A stretch of 64,000 bases of DNA from Octopus sinensis (Eukaryota). The stretch spans positions 150,040,001 through 150,104,000 of the forward strand of contig NC_042998.1 of NCBI RefSeq assembly GCF_006345805.1, written 5' to 3'. Below the pieces are notes generated by a model. That model was not told the DNA's origin, did no database searches, and worked only from the letters and a program-made list of their open reading frames with translations. Shown piece after piece: positions 58,350 through 64,000 of this stretch. The first letter of the stretch is position 1; each line of letters starts with the position of its first letter. Position numbers and translations under genes: made by a program.

Positions 58350-58433
<84 letters not shown>
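58217..58433. repeat. (GATA)n tetranucleotide array
   Basis: Direct reading. Confidence 0.97.
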
Positions 58434-58434
<1 letters not shown>

Positions 58435-58469
58435 TACTTCTTTACAGGAGGGAATGCACACAAATTGGT

Positions 58470-58625
58470 ATGGGTGGGGGTGAGGTAAGAAGCTTGCTTC
58501 TCAACCCTATGGATCTGGATTCAGTCCCACTGCGTGGCACCTTGGGCAAGTGTTTTCTACTAAAGCCTCGGGCCGATCAAAGCCTTACAAGTAGATTTAG
58601 TAGACAAACTGAAAGAAGCTCGTCC

Positions 58626-58670
<45 letters not shown>

Positions 58671-58870
58671 GTGTGCGTGTACGTGTGTGCCTTTTTGTCC
58701 CGATGTCGATGTGTTTACGTCCCCGTAACTTAGCCGTTCGGCGAAACAGACCAATAGAATAAGTACTAAGCTTACAAAGAATAAGTCCTGGTGTCGATTT
58801 GTTCGACAAATGGCTGTGCTCCAGCATGGCCGCAGAGAATAACTGAAACAAATAAAAGAATGGATTATAA
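58470..58870 (+). mobile_element. SINE family B
   Basis: ggtaagaagcttgcttc..ttcagtcccactgcgtggcaccttgggcaagtg; tail gctccagcatggccgcag. Confidence 0.9.
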
Positions 58871-58990
58871 AATAAAATATATGTATACATATGAGTGTGT
58901 ATGTGTGTGCGTATGTGTGTAGAAGGTTATGGCAGAATTAGTTTCCGTGGCATTGTTTAAATTTCATCAAGGTGGATTACATGTGTGTGT

Positions 58991-59045
<55 letters not shown>

Positions 59046-59444
59046 TGTGTGTGTGTGTGTGTATGTGTGTGTGTGCGTGCGTGCACGCGCTTGCATGCAT
59101 GTATGTACGTATATATGAATATTTATTTAAGAAGTCTGAAAATAGTTATTTTACGAAGGCAGTCAGCCACAAATGTAGCTATGAACTTTAAGTTATAAAG
59201 TTTATGAAATAAATAAATAAATACGAATATGTCGGTCGCCTTAGTGTACGTCGTAGCTGAAAAACTTCTCCCTTTTACGACGGCAATGAATCCAACTCAC
59301 TCAATTCCATTGGCTTACGACATTCTGGAACAGCGTTGTTTCAACGTCTTGTGTTTCGTCAGTCACAATTATGCGAAACTCTGAAGCTGCTGGCTTTGAT
59401 TATACCTTCAATGAAAAAATTGTTCTGATCGGTGCTTCATTCTT

Positions 59445-59638
59445 CTAACCTTTCTACTACAGGCACCAGGCCGGATATTTTTTGAGGGAGGGATCTAGCT
59501 GATTACATTAACCCAGGTACTTGTCTGTTCTATATTCTATCGATTCCTAAAGAACGAAAAACAAAGTCAATGTCGGCGAAATTTGAACTCAGAACATAAA
59601 GACTGATGAAATGCCGCTAAGATTCTGCCAGCTCGCCG
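59445..59638 (-). mobile_element. SINE family C
   Basis: ..atttgaactcagaac..ttctgccagctcgccg. Confidence 0.8.
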
Positions 59639-59729
59639 TGTTAATGATGATGATGATGATGATGATTATGATAGGAGTAGTAGTAGTAGTAATAATAATA
59701 ATAATAATATAATAATAATAATAATAATA

Positions 59730-59762
<33 letters not shown>

Positions 59763-59763
<1 letters not shown>

Positions 59764-61411
59764 GCTGCAAATAACAAACAGCTGGAAACACTATTAAAGA
59801 CAGTTCATGGATTTACCAAAGGAATAGATATGAAATTTGGATTAGAAAAATGTGCCAAAGTAACCATGAAAAGAGGAAAACTAGTTAAGAGTAACAACAT
59901 CACACTAGATAAAACCAATGAAATAAAAGAATTAGACCAAAGCCAAACTTACAAATACTTAGGAATCCATGAACTAGATAAGACACAACACACACAAATG
60001 AAAGAGAAAATAAAAAAAAGAATAGTATAGACGAGTTAGATCAATACTAAAAACAGAGATCAATGCTAAAAACAAGATAATAGGTATCAACACTTTAGCT
60101 GTCCCAGTTTTAAGTTACAGCTACAATATCCTTAACTGGACACGAAATGAACTGACCAAAATAGATAGGAAAACAAGAAAAATAATGACAGGATCTAGGA
60201 TGCATCACCCAAAATCTGACATAGAAAGACTATATATAAAACGTATAGAAGGTGGTAGAGGCCTTATACAGCTGGAAAACTACTATAAAATAACCACCAT
60301 AGGACTGCAAAAATATCTACTTCAGAAGGAAGGAAAACTGATCCAGATAGCAGCAAAACACGAGCAAAACAAAAAACTGTTTTCAGTATTTAAGGAAGCT
60401 GACAAATACAAACAAGAAATCATACCACCTAATAAACACGAAGAAGAAGAAGAAGAAGAAGAAGAAGATGATGAAGAAACAACAAAAGCTATAAAACAAA
60501 TGAAATCCAAACTAAAAATAGAACAGCAACGAACCATGATAAAACGATGGCAAGAAAAGCCCCTTCATGGTAAATACTGCACTAAACTAAACGCAAAAGA
60601 AATAGACAAAGAAAAATCCCAGCAATGGTTGAGAAGCTCAGGACTCAAAGCAGAAACAGAGGGATTTTTAATTGCAGCACAAGCCCAAAGCCTCCCACCA
60701 GAAATTACCAAAAACATGTAATGAAAAGAAATATTACAAGTAACTGCAGAATATGTGGAGATGGACAAGAAACAATAAATCATATTATCTCTAGCTGCCC
60801 AGTCCTGGCTAAGAAGGAATATATTCACAGACATGACAGAGTTGGAACCTACATACATTGGAAGCTATGCCAACATTATGGAATAACAACAGAAAAAAGA
60901 TGGTATAGGCACACACCAGAAAAGGTCACAGAAAACGAGAAAGCAACCATACTCTGAGATATGCCGATACACACAGATAGAGAAATTAAGGCCAACAGAC
61001 CAGATATAGTTGTCAGAGATCATGAAGAAAAAAAATGCTTTCTAATTGATGTATCAATACCGGCAGATGACAACGTGTCTCTCAAAGAAATGGAGAAACT
61101 CTCAAAATACAAAGACCTGGAAATAGAGGTAACTAGAATGTGGAATCTGAAAACAGAAACAATTCCTATCATAGTAGGTGCATTAGGTATGATAAAAAAA
61201 TATTCAGACAAATACATAACAAAAACACCAGGACTTACAAACACATATAACATACAGAAAATTGCACTACTAGGCTCTGCACACATCCTACGCAGAACAC
61301 TTTCCATACAATAACCATCAGAGCATCACAACAAATCACAGCACATATCCAAGGCACACAGAGCTGCGCTCGGTAGTGAAGTGAAAGCACGCTATAAAAA
61401 TAAAACTACTG
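59763..61411 (+). mobile_element. Relatively young 5'-truncated R4/Dong-clade LINE inserted in (TAA)n
   Basis: ORFs 59830-60030, 60185-60721, 60625-60957 and 60961-61314: FGLEKCAK, YKYLGI, HHPKSDIERLY..EGGRGL, QEKPLHG, CRICG..HIISSC, RPDIVV..IDVSIP..EKLSKYKDL; 3' UTR then (TAA)n/(CAA)n 61412-61494; (TAA)n also upstream. Confidence 0.95.
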
Positions 61412-61417
61412 AATAAC

Positions 61418-61479
<62 letters not shown>

Positions 61480-61660
61480 CAACAACAACAACAAAATATT
61501 GGCTAAGAATTCTTTACGCATTAAATTCTGGATAAAGTCAACGTTGGGAGTCAAATAGAGTATCCGCCGCAGGCTGGATGACGATCACACCGTACCTCTT
61601 AAATAGAAGCTTTGATCTTACCAGGGAGAAAAGGACTTCTGTATGGGTATGTGTGTGTGT

Positions 61661-61693
<33 letters not shown>

Positions 61694-62025
61694 GTGTGTC
61701 GGTATGTGTCTGTGTGCGTGTATGTGTACGAGTGTGTGTGTGTAGGTGTCCATTTACCTGCCACGTGACATAACTTTGAAGTATATTTTTACTACTTTAA
61801 CTTCAGAAAAATATGGCAGACATAAAATAATTATAATTCAACTTTTGATTAAATTTTTTTAGTATTTATAGAAATTGAACAAATGGATACTAATTTTCAA
61901 ATGAAAAATATTTTTACCTGAAAGAAAACAAATTTCTCATTTGCATATTTGCAATATGTTTTCTGTAACTTTTGTCAACGCAATCGCGATCTACTACATC
62001 GTAAACCCATCTTTGCAAAATTTTA

Positions 62026-62063
<38 letters not shown>

Positions 62064-62253
62064 GAAAATTAGAGGACACACTTTACCTCCTTTGTAATAT
62101 GTTTCTCTTCCTCTCTCTATATATATGAAGTTTGAGAACAGAAATAACCAGCTAACTAAACAACCAACAGGGATATGGCTGTTATTAAATACACATACGC
62201 ACACACAGACACAGACACAGACACACATACGCACACACACACACACACACACA

Positions 62254-62298
<45 letters not shown>

Positions 62299-62364
62299 AC
62301 GCATCTTTTATTCTTACTGATTTCAGCCGGAGTCTGAGGCGATGTTGGAGCGCTTCCCTTTAAG

Positions 62365-63400
62365 TGTGATTGGTATTGTTTCTGGTGAAATAGTGAATTG
62401 AACGGAGCTTATATTTGTATATCCGGCCACATGTGTGTTCATCTGGTTTCCACAGATAGAAATTTGTCCAAATGATTTTTTTAAAATCATCTACACCTAT
62501 ACCTCTCAGGTTTCTGAGCTTGTTTGGCATTATGTTCAAAATTTGTGGTTCCTTGAAACCCAAGTTGTTGCAGTACGGGATCCGTATTCTAGATAGAGAA
62601 GACGGGATCTTTGATACTAAGCAGTGCTATCCAGTCCAGTGGTTGGTATAGTTTTACTCTAAACCTTCCAGGATAATCTACATGTGTATCATTGTATAGC
62701 TTCCGCGCTTCTCTCTAGCGAGTAGAGTTTCACTTCCTTTAGTCTTTCCCAGTAGCTCATGAGTTGCACTTTTTGTATAATGGTGTTGGATTCTCTCGAG
62801 TTTCACCATCAGTTTAATGCTTTCTGTAGAAGTATTAATCTAGACTTCATAGGAGTAACATGGTGTCCTTTCTCCTGTTTATTTTTTCGTCTCAGAATCC
62901 AACCAGCCTCTTCCCTGTATAGTGATGCCATCGTGGTAATATGCACATGGAATGTTGTACCATTACTCATGTGTATTCCCAGATCAGGCACCAACTCTGA
63001 TTCTGGGATTGCACGGCTCTCTGGTCTTGTGTTTTCCAATTGTAGTCTGTTTGTGGGCCGATACTGGAGTACTGGAATTTTTCAGCATTAAACTGCGTGC
63101 AATTTTCATCAGTCCATTTGAATATTGCATTTAGGTCATTTTGCCGTTTTAGTTTCTCACCAGGGACCTTGGCTGCCTGTGATACTTTTGTATCATCAGC
63201 ATAGCTGGTAAGAGTGGCTGATTGTATGGATGAAGGCATGTCTGAGAGAGCCACCACAAACAGTAGTGGTCCCAGTAACAGATCCCCGAGGGACTCCACC
63301 GAGAATTGATGTCTCCCCAGAGAGGGCACCATTGGTGGCAGCTGTCAAAAATTCCACATTTTGAAATGTCATGCAGCCACTTAGTTTCCCACAGTTTCTG
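62365..63400 (-). mobile_element. CR1/L2-type LINE 3' half (RT C-terminus), decayed
   Basis: LGPLLFVVALSDMP..SYADDTKV..FNAEKFQ (ORF 62967-63332), DLGIHM, YWERLKEVKLYSL. Confidence 0.88.
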
Positions 63401-63878
63401 ACGTATCACCCAATGATCACAGTATATATGCGTATATATGAGTGAGCATAAATTTAAAGCAGATATCTTTGAGGCATTATATATTAAACTCACGGATATA
63501 ATGCATTTTTAATAACTTACGTAAAAGTTACTTGCTTCAGGATTTAATATTTCTTTGTATTACATACAAAGAGAAACTGGCCGCTAGGTATGTACAAATG
63601 TGAATGTACCGGCATATGAGTATATATGTGTGTATGTGTGTATGTGTGTATGTGGGGGGAGTGCTTTCAATTATGTTTTCTAAAACTTTATCCATTTTCT
63701 TGTTATTCACTAGTAATGGAGTTATGTGGTAATGAATTATATTGGGCATAATTATGATAGGTATCAACGCTACCAACAAATATATTTCAAACATTATATG
63801 GCTCACATTGAATTAGATGCATATATATTGCTACTAGTTATATACGCCACCTTAACAAGTTTCATGTATGTGTGCGTG

Positions 63879-63915
<37 letters not shown>

Positions 63916-64000
63916 ATATATACATGCACGCATATATACATATATATATATACATATATATACTATATACATACTATATATATATACACATATATATAAG

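Noticed and set aside
59320-59370. Minus-strand CUGACGA-AAC..GUU-GAAAC
   Set aside because: Stem II is only 3 bp and stem I cannot form; chance occurrence is plausible.

Overview
AT-rich eukaryotic (metazoan) non-coding DNA, saturated with microsatellites ((TA)n, (CA)n, (TAA)n, (TACA)n, (TAGA)n and trinucleotide mosaics) and transposon relics. The SINE repertoire suggests an octopus/cephalopod genome; this is inference, not verified. I find no credible host protein-coding gene, rRNA, true tRNA or CRISPR array; nearly all listed ORFs are microsatellite read-throughs or decayed transposon frames. Supported features: (i) several R4/Dong-type non-LTR retrotransposons (RT + CCHC + restriction-like endonuclease), mostly embedded in (TAA)n and one in (TACA)n; (ii) CR1/L2-type LINE fragments; (iii) two DD37D Tc1/mariner relics, one with an hAT-like element inserted in its own TIR with an 8-bp TSD; (iv) MITEs; (v) about 25 copies or fragments of three tRNA-derived SINE families; (vi) short 337-750 bp units in head-to-tail and inverted arrangements typical of Penelope-like elements or retrozymes. 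The best novel candidate is a 337-bp direct-repeat-bounded unit at 42165-42536 carrying a type I hammerhead ribozyme motif. Most coordinates are read by eye and approximate unless stated as exact.
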